A stretch of DNA of 64,000 nt from Candidatus Moraniibacteriota bacterium (GCA_017983435.1 JAGOBM010000003.1:4786-68785), one strand, 5' to 3'. Positions 39,504-48,968 are shown, counted from the first letter of the stretch. Program-made: numbers and translations. The notes: generated by a model not told the origin, from the letters alone.

Positions 39504-40541
39504 CTACTCACCGATCTTCATCACGATACGTCCATCGATACTGCCCTGTTTCATGCGATCAAAAATATCGTTGATAGCATCCATGGTCTCAACTGTGATA
39601 TTTGCCTTCACGAGCCCTCTTCCGGCGAAATCAAGACATTCCTCCAGATCGAGCCGCGTTCCGACGATTGACCCGCGAATCGTCTTCCGATTGAGCACGA
39701 GGTCGAATATCGAAACTGGAAAATCTCCAGGCGGCAAACCGACAAGTGACAGGGTGCCACGGCGGCGCAACATTCCAATCGCCTGTTGAAATGCGGAGGT
39801 TGAAACCGCGGTGACCAGCACTCCATGAGCACCGCCGATTGTCCGAGTGATTTCCGCTACCGGGTCCTGTTCAGTTGCATTGATAACGATTTCCGCTCCC
39901 AAGCGTGTAGCCAGATCCAGCTTGCTCGCTACCGTATCCACCGCCACCACCCGCAGACCCATGGCCTTGGCATACTGCACCGCCATATGCCCCAGACCAC
40001 CGATACCAGAAATAACCACCCACTGCCCCGGCTTCGTATCAGTCTCTTTCAGTCCCTTATACACCGTCACACCCGCACACAGAAGAGGGGCCGCTTCCTC
40101 GAAGGAAAGGCTGTCCGGCAAACGCCCAACGTATTTTGGATCAGCAAGAGCGTATTCCGCATATCCTCCGTTCACGGTATAGCCAGTCATCTGCTGCTTA
40201 AGACAAAGAGTTTCCCAGCCTGACAGACAATACTCACAACTCCCGCAAGAAGTATGCAGCCAGGGAATACCCACCCGATCTCCTATCTTCACTTCCGTAA
40301 CTCCTTCACCGAGAGCGACCACAGTGCCTACTCCCTCGTGCCCTGGAACAAAAGGCAACGCCGGCTTGACTGGCCAATCCCCGCACGCCGCATGCAAGTC
40401 GGTATGACAGACGCCGGTGGCGGCGATTTTCACCAGCACTGTCCCCGGTTTGACCTCAGGAACATCAATCTCCTGAATGCGGAGAGGCGCGCCAAACTCC
40501 TCAACAACCGCCGCCTTCATCTTCTTGGGAATCTCCTCCAT
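39504..40541 (-). CDS. zinc-dependent alcohol dehydrogenase (MDR family)
   Basis: GVCHTDLHA, GHEGVGTVV, and a GxGxxG NAD-binding site (ISGIGGLGHMA). Confidence 0.85.
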   Translation of the reverse strand: MEEIPKKMKAAVVEEFGAPLRIQEIDVPEVKPGTVLVKIAATGVCHTDLHAACGDWPVKPALPFVPGHEGVGTVVALGEGVTEVKIGDRVGIPWLHTSCGSCEYCLSGWETLCLKQQMTGYTVNGGYAEYALADPKYVGRLPDSLSFEEAAPLLCAGVTVYKGLKETDTKPGQWVVISGIGGLGHMAVQYAKAMGLRVVAVDTVASKLDLATRLGAEIVINATEQDPVAEITRTIGGAHGVLVTAVSTSAFQQAIGMLRRRGTLSLVGLPPGDFPVSIFDLVLNRKTIRGSIVGTRLDLEECLDFAGRGLVKANITVETMDAINDIFDRMKQGSIDGRIVMKIGE

Positions 40542-40664
40542 AAGAAAGAATAATATAGATTACTTTTCTATCTTACTCCTCAAAAGAATGGAAAGAAAGA
40601 TTCTTCTCTCTGCGTCTTCATTATCTTTAAATCAGACACCCTCAACGACTCCGTCCTCGGTGTC

Positions 40665-40746
40665 TCACGCGGTGAGATTCCTCAGCTTTTCAACGAATCT
40701 ATCTTCGCCTCTTCCATCTCCATGACCGGGGTACTCTCCGACTGAT
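40665..40746. repeat. about 80-bp direct repeat, copy 2 (overlaps the 3' end of the PDGLE gene on the minus strand)
   Basis: Plus strand encodes a relic dioxygenase C-terminus (NESIFASSISMTG); minus strand encodes the PDGLE C-terminus (PVMEMEEAKIDSLKS). Confidence 0.7.
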
Positions 40747-41035
40747 CCGGAATCGAAAAAATCCGGCTACCAAAAAGAAACAACATACCGAAAACACCGA
40801 GTGTGCCGATGATACCGGAGAGCGCTGTCGCTAGCCGCTCATTCTCTATACCCGGCATCTGGTGGTCCGGCATCAGCCCGGGCAGATATTGCGCCGATCG
40901 ATCGATGAAGCCCTGCTCCTGTGCGACTTTTTCCAATCCGTCCGGCGATGACGAAGCCAGAAGCGACAGGCCCCCACCAATCACCACGGCTAGAGCCAAT
41001 ACCTGCCACCACTTATTGTTCGTCTGATGATTCAT
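40682..41035 (-). CDS. PDGLE-domain protein (CbiN/NikN-like accessory component)
   Basis: SSPDGLEKVAQE motif, TM helices at both ends, overlaps the cbiM-like gene. Confidence 0.6.
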   Translation of the reverse strand: MNHQTNNKWWQVLALAVVIGGGLSLLASSSPDGLEKVAQEQGFIDRSAQYLPGLMPDHQMPGIENERLATALSGIIGTLGVFGMLFLFGSRIFSIPDQSESTPVMEMEEAKIDSLKS

Positions 41036-41762
41036 CTGGAAATGCCGCTACTTTGAAATGCCGCTGTATCAGAATCGCGAGGACAGCGACCGTAATCGCG
41101 CCTTCGGCCGCACCGATCACGATATGCAAGAGCGTCATCGCCGGCAGCACCGTCGAGAGCGGCTCTGTCCCGGAGATCGCCATTTCGAGTGCAGCCGCGA
41201 TCGCGGCACCGATGACCGATACCCAGGCCGCTACAAAAGCGCTGCGCAAGAATATCTTCTTCTTATCTTTGGCCCCACGCAGGAGAAACTGGAAAAAAGC
41301 GTAGCCGCCGAGAGCGCCGACCACTCCCATATTGAAAATATTGGCACCGAGTGCCACGATACCACCGTCGCCAAACATCAGGGCTTGCATCGAAAGAATG
41401 AGCGCCATGACAATGAGCGCCGCAAACGGGCCGACGGCCAGCGCAGCGAGCACGCCGCCGAGCAAGTGTCCGGATGTCCCATCCGCCACCGGAAAATTCA
41501 CCATCTGGGCCGCGAAGATGAGCGCTCCCGCGACCGCCATCCGCCAGACCTGCTCGCGTCCATATCTCGACAGCCGACTCTCCAGGCTCATCCCCGACTC
41601 TCCGCCGAAATCAGGAAACGATGCCAAACGCATCTTGAGCACCGGTATCTTTTCCATGAATGCCTGTCGGACCTTGTGCACGGCAAATCCGACCATGGCC
41701 GCGGCCGCACCGGCCAGACTGGCTGCTGCACCGCTATTGATAAACTCATCCGGAAGATGCAT
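41013..41762 (-). CDS. CbiM/NikM-family ECF transporter substrate-capture component (Co/Ni)
   Basis: N-terminal MHLPDEF (CbiM MHIxDG-type), about 7 TM, 249 aa. Confidence 0.75.
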   Translation of the reverse strand: MHLPDEFINSGAAASLAGAAAAMVGFAVHKVRQAFMEKIPVLKMRLASFPDFGGESGMSLESRLSRYGREQVWRMAVAGALIFAAQMVNFPVADGTSGHLLGGVLAALAVGPFAALIVMALILSMQALMFGDGGIVALGANIFNMGVVGALGGYAFFQFLLRGAKDKKKIFLRSAFVAAWVSVIGAAIAAALEMAISGTEPLSTVLPAMTLLHIVIGAAEGAITVAVLAILIQRHFKVAAFPDESSDEQ

Positions 41763-41794
41763 ACAGTGTTCTTACAAAAAGTTATCGTTCCATC

Positions 41795-42316
41795 CTAGGC
41801 ATTCTGCAGCTGTTCGATATCCAGCTTTTTCATACTGAGCATGGCAGCCATGACCCGTCCGGCCTTCGCTTTGTCAGTATCAGCCAAGAGCGTAGCGAGT
41901 ATCGTCGGCACGATCTGCCACGAAACACCGTACTTGTCCTTGAGCCAACCACACTGCTGCGCCCGCTCATCACCACCCTCCGAGAGCTTCTCCCAATAAT
42001 GATCTACTTCTACCTGCGTCTCGCAATTCACGACGAAGGATACCGCCTCAGTGAACTTGAAAAGCGGCCCACCATTGAGCGCCGTAAACGGCTGCCCCTC
42101 GATTTCGAACTCTACCGTCAGGACGGATCCTTCCGGCCGACCAGAGACCTCGGCAGATGCCTGATCATACCGAGTTACCTGCATGATTTTCGATTGTTTG
42201 AAAATCGAGACGTAGAACGCAGTGGCTTCCTCCGCCTTCGTATCAAACCAGAGACAGGGAGTGATTTTCTGCATAGGTTTCGCTGATGAAGATATTACCT
42301 CTGCAGTATACAACAA
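41795..42316 (-). CDS. VOC-family protein (PhnB-like glyoxalase/bleomycin-resistance fold)
   Basis: ITPCLWFD...ATAFYVSIF...VSWQIVP pattern. Confidence 0.6.
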   Translation of the reverse strand: MLYTAEVISSSAKPMQKITPCLWFDTKAEEATAFYVSIFKQSKIMQVTRYDQASAEVSGRPEGSVLTVEFEIEGQPFTALNGGPLFKFTEAVSFVVNCETQVEVDHYWEKLSEGGDERAQQCGWLKDKYGVSWQIVPTILATLLADTDKAKAGRVMAAMLSMKKLDIEQLQNA

Positions 42317-42376
42317 AAAAAGACACCTCCATCAGATGTCTCTCCCCTGTTGATTGCAAAATTTCCTCTGCCTCCC

Positions 42377-42796
42377 CTACACTGCCAATACGTGCTTCTT
42401 GAAATTATCCAGGATAGCCTGCCAGCCTGCCCGCTGGAGCTCGATCGGATTGGTCTCTTCCGTCTCAAAGGTCTCGACGACCCGGCAGCCGTCCGGATGC
42501 GCTGCAAACTCGACGCTTACTTTCCTCGCATCCTCCCCGTCCATGACGTATTCGATCCGCTGCCGCTCCTCGACGACAGCATATGTCCCGCTGAAATCAA
42601 ATCCGGCGCTCCCATCCCGCGCTTCCATACGATAACTGAAACGGCCCCCGACCCGGAGATCATTCGTGGCGCTCGGAGCATGCCAGTCATCCGAGGCGAA
42701 GTTCCAATGCGTGATATGCTCCGGCTCGGCCCAGCACATCCAGACCTTCTCGATCGGCGCAGCGATGACGGTTTCTACAGTAACGGCGGTTTTCAT
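42377..42796 (-). CDS. SRPBCC-family protein (AHSA1/activator-of-Hsp90-ATPase-like)
   Basis: APIEKVWMCWAEPEHITHWN pattern, 139 aa. Confidence 0.7.
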   Translation of the reverse strand: MKTAVTVETVIAAPIEKVWMCWAEPEHITHWNFASDDWHAPSATNDLRVGGRFSYRMEARDGSAGFDFSGTYAVVEERQRIEYVMDGEDARKVSVEFAAHPDGCRVVETFETEETNPIELQRAGWQAILDNFKKHVLAV

Positions 42797-42814
42797 ATGA
42801 CAGCTTTAAACGAT

Positions 42815-43489
42815 TTAGCTTTCGGACAATACTACGGTCTCTACGGCAGAGCACCAGGCATCCACTGTCTCTCTGGACTGATCGGAAGCCCGGATGCCCC
42901 GGATACCGCACTGCGCGGCAGCCTCAAGATTTTCCATCCGGTCATCGATGAAGAGCAGACTATCGAATCCGCAGCCCAGGTTCCGCTTTACGGCATAGAA
43001 CATCTCGTGCCCCGGACTTCGCTTCGTCGCGCCGATCGCCTGCGAAAGGATGATACGCTGCTCGGGAAAATAGCGATCGAGCTCGAGCCGCCGCCACTGC
43101 TTCGCGAACCAGAAATCGACATTGTTGCTGCAGATACCGAGCGACATCCCCTTTTCCAGAAGCCTCTCCAGGGTCATCCGTATCCGCTCCGGCTCGATCG
43201 GCTGGATATACCTATCGGTCTCGCGGATAAGATACTCAACTGTCAGCTCTTCGGGATGCTCCGGCAGAGCTGCCAGAAAATCCATCCACCAAGCTTCTTC
43301 CTGTTCGATCAGCGGATGCATCCATCTCGAACATTCGTATTTCCCGCACAGCTCGACGCCGATCCGAGCCACGTCTTTTCGAGACAGATGGAATCGGTCA
43401 GCGATGTTGTCCTCCGCACGCAAAAGCATCCATTCCCACGGGTCACGGATCAGCACGCCTCCAAGATCAAATACGACCGCCTGTATCAT
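42815..43489 (-). CDS. HAD-superfamily hydrolase
   Basis: VVFDLGGVL motif I, 224 aa. Confidence 0.75.
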   Translation of the reverse strand: MIQAVVFDLGGVLIRDPWEWMLLRAEDNIADRFHLSRKDVARIGVELCGKYECSRWMHPLIEQEEAWWMDFLAALPEHPEELTVEYLIRETDRYIQPIEPERIRMTLERLLEKGMSLGICSNNVDFWFAKQWRRLELDRYFPEQRIILSQAIGATKRSPGHEMFYAVKRNLGCGFDSLLFIDDRMENLEAAAQCGIRGIRASDQSRETVDAWCSAVETVVLSES

Positions 43490-43515
43490 GTTTTTGATGA
43501 TATCATGATCTCGCC

Positions 43516-44634
43516 CTACTCCGCATAATCCTTGTGATCATGCTTTCTCAGATCCTTTTTTGCTTTTTGGATGAATTTCCCGAAACGGCGGCTTTTCTGC
43601 TTTTTTTCCAGGGCGGTCAGCGCATAGTGACCAGATTCTTTTTTTAGACTGAGCGAATGCATGTATCTCTCCTTATTCAGAGCTCCTGACGCGAGCGCCG
43701 AGAGGACCGCGCACCCCGGCTCTTGCGTATGTCCGCAATCCGTAAACCGGCACTGTGAAGACAAAGCAGCTATCTCATCGAACAAGCTCTCGATACCGGC
43801 TTCCACATCCGTCACCCCGACCTCTCGTACTCCGGGATTGTCGATGACGATAGCACCGCTCTGCAACCAGTACATCTCCCTCGCGGTTGTCGTGTGTTTC
43901 CCTCTGCCGGAAGACGATCCGATTTCTCCGGTCCGGAGCTCATTCCCGCCGAGCAGAGCATTGATCAAGGAAGACTTGCCGACACCGGACGAACCGAGGA
44001 AACAATACGTCTTCCCAGACTCCATGAAGCTCCGCAGCCGGTCCAGTCCCGCTTCGGTCACCGTGCTCGTCGGAATGATCTCGATATCCTTGAATCGCTC
44101 CCTCATCTGGGCCAGCTTCTCATCGAGCTCTTCCGGAGCGATCAGATCCGTCTTGTTGAAGATAACCGCCGGCACCACTCCGCCGTCGCGCGCTATGGCG
44201 AAATACCTTTCGAAGCGATTCAGACTATAGTCCCGGTCGGCCGATTCGATGACCAGGGCGACATCGACATTCACTGCTATGATCTGGACATCATCGTGCT
44301 CGCCGTATTTCCTCCGTACGACGGTCTTCCTCGGCAGCATACCCTGAATCGTCGCCTGCTCCGCATCCAGTACCGTGATCAGCACCCAATCGCCGACTGC
44401 CGGATAGGCCTCTCTGGACGAGGCGAGAAATGTCTGCTTACCGGTTATTTTGGCCAGATATTCTCCATCGACCGCCCTGACCCGATACGCGCCCCGATGC
44501 TCGGAAACCACTCGTGCAACCGCAACACCCTCCGCTCCGGCCTTCACCCGAGCAGCTTCAAAAAAATCATTATACCCTAGATCCTCGATAGTCATAGGTT
44601 CTCTGCCCATATCTGCTACCTTACCATACTTCAT
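43516..44634 (-). CDS. rsgA: ribosome small-subunit-dependent GTPase A
   Basis: GSSGVGKSSLINAL, DIEII, C-terminal CxxxCxHxxxxxC zinc finger (CRFTDCGHTQEPGC). Confidence 0.85.
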   Translation of the reverse strand: MKYGKVADMGREPMTIEDLGYNDFFEAARVKAGAEGVAVARVVSEHRGAYRVRAVDGEYLAKITGKQTFLASSREAYPAVGDWVLITVLDAEQATIQGMLPRKTVVRRKYGEHDDVQIIAVNVDVALVIESADRDYSLNRFERYFAIARDGGVVPAVIFNKTDLIAPEELDEKLAQMRERFKDIEIIPTSTVTEAGLDRLRSFMESGKTYCFLGSSGVGKSSLINALLGGNELRTGEIGSSSGRGKHTTTAREMYWLQSGAIVIDNPGVREVGVTDVEAGIESLFDEIAALSSQCRFTDCGHTQEPGCAVLSALASGALNKERYMHSLSLKKESGHYALTALEKKQKSRRFGKFIQKAKKDLRKHDHKDYAE

Positions 44635-44637
44635 CCT

Positions 44638-45015
44638 TTAAGCACGCTTCGATGCACCGAGCAGAGAATGGATGGCCGTCGCCAGGATCGACCAATAGAA
44701 AACAAAATAGATACCGACAAACGGAGGAGGTGGATCTTCCTTCAAGAAATTCACCTGAGGCAGAGCCAATGGTCCTATCAAAACAATTTTGAGAGGCAAT
44801 ATGATCACAGATGCCGTCCTCTTCCAGGCGATCAGTGAGTCACTGCCGGTATTCAGGATAGAATCGGGCGAATGAGGGAAACCCCGAGGGCCCGTTGATC
44901 CCAGAAGCGTCGTGGTGATAAACATGAAAACAAACCCGGAAACAACAAAGAGGATGACAAATTTTTTTCTTGAGATATTCATAAGCATCCAATACTCACT
45001 CTGTACGCATATCAA
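44638..45015 (-). CDS. small 2-TM membrane protein (paralogue of 53655-53999)
   Basis: 125 aa; about 75% identical to the 53655-53999 product (GPRGFP...IVLIGPLALPQ...FLKEDPPPPF); 4-bp overlap with the upstream CcdA-thioredoxin gene. Confidence 0.5.
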   Translation of the reverse strand: MICVQSEYWMLMNISRKKFVILFVVSGFVFMFITTTLLGSTGPRGFPHSPDSILNTGSDSLIAWKRTASVIILPLKIVLIGPLALPQVNFLKEDPPPPFVGIYFVFYWSILATAIHSLLGASKRA

Positions 45016-46772
45016 GAGAAGGTAAATGCGTATACCGCTGTCCCGGGTGTTTCAAATTCCAGACGCAGCGTGTGTTCACCAGCCACCCCGTTCCCATCAA
45101 AGAGCTCATAAAGCTTCTCAGCATCTACCGACACCCTTCCGTCAATGACATCCCCGCCAGACAGATCCCGCTCAATCACGTTCTGATCCAGAAATACCTT
45201 TACACTCCCCGATGAAGTATCATCCGACGGAGCCATGACCAGAAATACTTTCTTTCCATAAAAATGAATGCTCAGAGTGGCGTTACTTCCGGCGATGGCT
45301 CTTTCAGATTCCACCTTCCAGGCCCCGCTATAAGCAAAATAATGTTTCTTCAAACCAGTCGGCAGAGTAAATGCCTGCATCTCTCCGGTCACTCGCTCCG
45401 GCGATTGGAACCGCTCCATACGGTCGCTCCCCAGATACGTTTCCGGGGTCTGGCTTCTCCCGGGCGTATCGGCCACTATCCCGGTCAAAGTATCAGAACC
45501 CACCGTCCTCCCTGCCTCCTCCAAGAGACTCTGGATCGCTTGCTCTGTTTCTTGATAATTTCCCTCACCGAAATGATATTCGCGTATCCTTCCTTCGCTA
45601 TCTATCAAATAATGCGCCGGCCAATACCGATTATTATAAGCTTGCCAGGTGCCATACCGGTTGTCCTGAGCCACGGGATAATTGATTTTGTATTGCTCCA
45701 GGGCATCAGTGACATTGGCCGTCTTTTTCTCAAACTCAAACTCCGGCGTGTGCACTCCGATCACCACGAATCCCTGGTCTTTGTACTTCTCATACCAGCC
45801 CGTCACATAGGGGAGGGTCCGGATACAATTGATGCAGCTATATGTCCAGAAGTCGACCAATACCACTTTGCCACGCAATTTATCCATAGTCAGTGCCGAG
45901 TCAGTATTGAGCCATTGCTCTATACCCACAAACTCCGGGGCTTGCCCGTACTGAGGAAGATTTTTTTTCATATTTAATTTCGGCTCTTCTTTTTTAAGAA
46001 GCGGATTTTCTCCATCAACGCCCTTGAGTTCATCGAGTTTCTGTTTTACCGTATCGTTTTTTTCCAATCCATTCAGAAAGCTCTCATAATTCGGAAAGGT
46101 ATCCAAGAGCTTCGTCTGGAGCGCCTTATCATACCCAGTATAGATCGCTCCTGCCGCCAGAATCATAATCAGACCGAATACCTGCTGAATATACTTCGTA
46201 TATGGTGCCAGCACTCTGGTCTTCGTCAGTATCTTTTTCCCCAACACAGCCAGGATAAAGAGTGGCGATGCCACGCCGATCACGAACGCCACTGTGATCA
46301 GCACCACCTGAAAGTTGACAGCCTGGGTCGCAGCCAGAGCAGCGATCGTCGCCAGGATAGGACCAGCACAAGGCGACCATACCAGGCCTAAGGCAAACCC
46401 CGTCAGGAAACCGCCCCAGAAACCAGTCCCAGAACTTTGCGTCCACCGTCCGCCGAAAGAAGCGAAGCGGCTGACCATCCCTTCCAGTCGTGCCCCGAGA
46501 GCCGGGATAACAAGGGTCAACCCGAGCAAAGCTATCACGAAAACCGCGAACAGACGCAGAACATCAGGATCAAAAGGAATGATTTGAACCACCCAAGCGA
46601 GCGCGAGCGTCGCCAAGAGAAAACTCGTAGCCAGACCCGTGACGATACCGAGCGGCTTCCGCTCCCCGCCGGTCGCCCCGGATGATAACACGATAGGCAG
46701 TATCGGCCAGATACACGGCGCAAAAATCGTCACGACCCCTGATAGGAAGGCAAAAAGAACGAGAATGGTCAT
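45012..46772 (-). CDS. CcdA/DsbD-type membrane domain fused to a TlpA/ResA-like thioredoxin domain
   Basis: N-terminal CcdA (FAPCIWP), redoxin domain WTYSCINCIRTLP; 586 aa. Confidence 0.75.
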   Translation of the reverse strand: MTILVLFAFLSGVVTIFAPCIWPILPIVLSSGATGGERKPLGIVTGLATSFLLATLALAWVVQIIPFDPDVLRLFAVFVIALLGLTLVIPALGARLEGMVSRFASFGGRWTQSSGTGFWGGFLTGFALGLVWSPCAGPILATIAALAATQAVNFQVVLITVAFVIGVASPLFILAVLGKKILTKTRVLAPYTKYIQQVFGLIMILAAGAIYTGYDKALQTKLLDTFPNYESFLNGLEKNDTVKQKLDELKGVDGENPLLKKEEPKLNMKKNLPQYGQAPEFVGIEQWLNTDSALTMDKLRGKVVLVDFWTYSCINCIRTLPYVTGWYEKYKDQGFVVIGVHTPEFEFEKKTANVTDALEQYKINYPVAQDNRYGTWQAYNNRYWPAHYLIDSEGRIREYHFGEGNYQETEQAIQSLLEEAGRTVGSDTLTGIVADTPGRSQTPETYLGSDRMERFQSPERVTGEMQAFTLPTGLKKHYFAYSGAWKVESERAIAGSNATLSIHFYGKKVFLVMAPSDDTSSGSVKVFLDQNVIERDLSGGDVIDGRVSVDAEKLYELFDGNGVAGEHTLRLEFETPGTAVYAFTFS

Positions 46773-46858
46773 ATAGTGTTTTAAAAAAATATTACCAAGA
46801 GGAACAGCTCTGCAGAAACTGTCCCGGCTTCGTACTACTTTCTACGCCAATAGCCTCA

Positions 46859-47413
46859 TTATTTCACTTTGGTAAGCAACTCGCTCAATCCCTCGCTCCC
46901 AGACCATTTCGCGATCATATTTCCAGACGCGTCAACCTGCACCAGTGTGTGCTGATAGGTGACACCATACTGTTTCTTAAGATCCGCATTCTTGTCGTAA
47001 TCCACATCAAGAATCAGCACGTTCTGCGGAATCCGACTGAGATTCGCTTTGATATCGGCATCCAAAGCACGACAGGTCGGACACCACGAGGCACGGAAGA
47101 AGAGCACTACTTTGCCATCTTTCGCAAAAGCAATCTTTGATGCGTCATATGAGGCATATTGCCCACCCTTGATCATCACATCGCTTTGCTTCATCATGGC
47201 ATCTTCTTTGACCATCGTCTCCGGCTTTTTCTCCATCATGGCCTCAGGTTGCTGCATAGCCTCTTCTTTTTTCTCCATCGCTCCTTTTTCAGCCGTGACC
47301 TTTTCTTCCATCATGGCCTTGTCTTGCATAGCCTGTTGATTGGACGTATACCACCAGCCGCCAAGGGCAACAGCTATTCCCAACACAATCACTCCCATTA
47401 TCATTTTATTCAT
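46859..47413 (-). CDS. thioredoxin-family protein, membrane-anchored
   Basis: FFRASWCPTCRALD. Confidence 0.75.
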   Translation of the reverse strand: MNKMIMGVIVLGIAVALGGWWYTSNQQAMQDKAMMEEKVTAEKGAMEKKEEAMQQPEAMMEKKPETMVKEDAMMKQSDVMIKGGQYASYDASKIAFAKDGKVVLFFRASWCPTCRALDADIKANLSRIPQNVLILDVDYDKNADLKKQYGVTYQHTLVQVDASGNMIAKWSGSEGLSELLTKVK

Positions 47414-47464
47414 ATCGTTTCACCTCCTTTCATATGTTGATTTATACTCGAGTCATTTTTATAT

Positions 47465-47830
47465 CTAATAGTGCTTCTCGGCATAGTAGCGTCCCAGTAT
47501 TTTCGCCAATACCATCCCGGTCAGAACCAGCGGCAACCATGGATCGATCTTATGTGAAAGCGCCTGCACAATAATTCCCGTAAGCAGGAGTGTCCCGCCA
47601 GCGGTGTAGGCGAATCGAGTACCGATAAAGCGATGGAGCTGCTCACGCTCATCCATCACACTCTCCTTCCATAAAAACATAGCAAAGATCGAAAACAGAG
47701 TGACGATCAACCCGAGCAGCGTCATATGGACAGCGTCCGTCATCCAAAAACCGAACGGGTTGACAAACCACACGAGAAAAATAACCAGGAGCACTGACAC
47801 GATTTTTTCTGAAAAGATCTTCGACAACAT
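47465..47830 (-). CDS. small multi-TM membrane protein (DUF2178-like partner of the XRE regulator)
   Basis: 121 aa, 4 TM; 2-bp gap to the upstream HTH gene. Confidence 0.45.
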   Translation of the reverse strand: MLSKIFSEKIVSVLLVIFLVWFVNPFGFWMTDAVHMTLLGLIVTLFSIFAMFLWKESVMDEREQLHRFIGTRFAYTAGGTLLLTGIIVQALSHKIDPWLPLVLTGMVLAKILGRYYAEKHY

Positions 47831-47832
47831 AC

Positions 47833-48039
47833 TTATGCTTTAATGGTAAATATCTTCTCCATGGGAACACAAAAATATTTTGCTATCTTGAGCGCCAAGA
47901 GCACCGAGGGAGTATAATTCCCTTTCTCGAGAGCGATAATCGTCTGGCGCGTAACACCCACGGCCTGTGCAAGCTGTTCCTGGGTGAGCCCTCGCATCTT
48001 CCTCAAATCTTCTATTCTATTTTCGACCATTTCCTGCAT
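47833..48039 (-). CDS. XRE-family helix-turn-helix transcriptional regulator
   Basis: [29 protein letters not shown]. Confidence 0.8.
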   Translation of the reverse strand: MQEMVENRIEDLRKMRGLTQEQLAQAVGVTRQTIIALEKGNYTPSVLLALKIAKYFCVPMEKIFTIKA

Positions 48040-48042
48040 ACA

Positions 48043-48066
48043 ATATGTAAAACTGACTTTACATAT
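48043..48066. promoter_or_regulatory. perfect palindrome ATATGTAAA-N6-TTTACATAT upstream of the XRE gene (candidate operator); a further half-site CTTTACATAT at about 48112
   Basis: 9-bp inverted repeat about 5 bp upstream of the XRE start codon. Confidence 0.45.
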
Positions 48067-48198
48067 TCATTCTAGACTATTCACACACAATGTCAAGCTT
48101 ACTTTACATATTTTTTCTCTCAAAATTCACGTATATCTTAGATAACAAAAAAACCGCCCTCATTACTGAGAGCGGCTACGTGATTTTAAGCCAGTTCT

Positions 48199-48585
48199 TT
48201 ATCCTTCTACTTCAACCTTGAATCCACCATAAGCCATGCGCTTCATATCGACAGGCATCACCATATCTTTATATTCTTCCGCCTTCTCGCCCATCTCTTC
48301 CATCACCTTGGCATTGACTTCGTCTCGATGCTCTTTGGAGTTGAAGACGATAAATGAGAACCAAACCGTCTCATCACTGGTTGCTCCAGTCATTTCAGGA
48401 AATGCGCGTGTCTTTTCGTCACCCATTTCCTGAGGAGCAAGATCATCTCCGCGGCACTCATAGTATTCAAGTGCACCATATTTCATCCAGGCATCGCGAC
48501 CACCTTCTGCCATTTTCTTGTATTCTTCAGCTTTGTCTTTTGGAACCACCAGCACGAATCCATCCACATATTTTCCTTCGTTCAT
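48199..48585 (-). CDS. DUF1428-family protein
   Basis: VDGFVLVVPKDKAEEYKKMAE...YGALEYYEC. Confidence 0.6.
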   Translation of the reverse strand: MNEGKYVDGFVLVVPKDKAEEYKKMAEGGRDAWMKYGALEYYECRGDDLAPQEMGDEKTRAFPEMTGATSDETVWFSFIVFNSKEHRDEVNAKVMEEMGEKAEEYKDMVMPVDMKRMAYGGFKVEVEG

Positions 48586-48640
48586 ACGCTTAACGCTAAA
48601 AATTACCTTTCTAGTATATCAGGCCTCCTCTATGGTGTAC

Positions 48641-48674
48641 AAAAAATAGGCTTAAATAAGCCTATTTTTATTTG
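48641..48674. terminator. bidirectional terminator hairpin AGGCTTA-AA-TAAGCCT with A/T flanks
   Basis: Downstream of the DUF1428 gene and directly followed by the att-like repeat. Confidence 0.55.
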
Positions 48675-48716
48675 CTTCGACGGCTGGAACACTCACTGCT
48701 CTCCGCCAGCTGGCGG
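48675..48716. repeat. degenerate copy of the tRNA-Asn 3' end (CTTCGACGGCTGGAA) plus the 14-bp palindrome CCGCCAGCTGGCGG
   Basis: 16 of 18 nt match TTGGCTCCGACGGCTGGA, the tRNA-Asn 3' end at 57931. The palindrome is also present at about 52677 and 53218. Confidence 0.45.
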
Positions 48717-48968
48717 ATGCGCTCTATAGGGCTTTCCACCTCGGCTTCGCCTTAGCGAGACGGGCCGCCCTTCTAGTCCTCGGAAGACCTCGGTCACCCC
48801 AAACGGGAAACTCCTGTTTCCCGACCCCTGCCTACCGGCAGGCAGGCCTTCCCGTTCGAATCCAACCGCTTTGAATAAATACAAAAAAGGCGCCCCAATG
48901 GACGCTCTTTTTGCATATGCTCCGAGCGATGAAAGAAGTTCGAACCGCCATCAAAAGCTCTACATTCA

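Noticed and set aside
48690-48968. Possible tmRNA, SRP RNA or tRNA, suggested by TTCGACGG and GTTCGAATCC strings.
   Set aside because: No acceptor-stem pairing, no 7-nt T-loop with a proper stem, no ALAA-type tag frame, and no GGAAGGAAGCAGC SRP motif. Kept only as an unassigned structured region.
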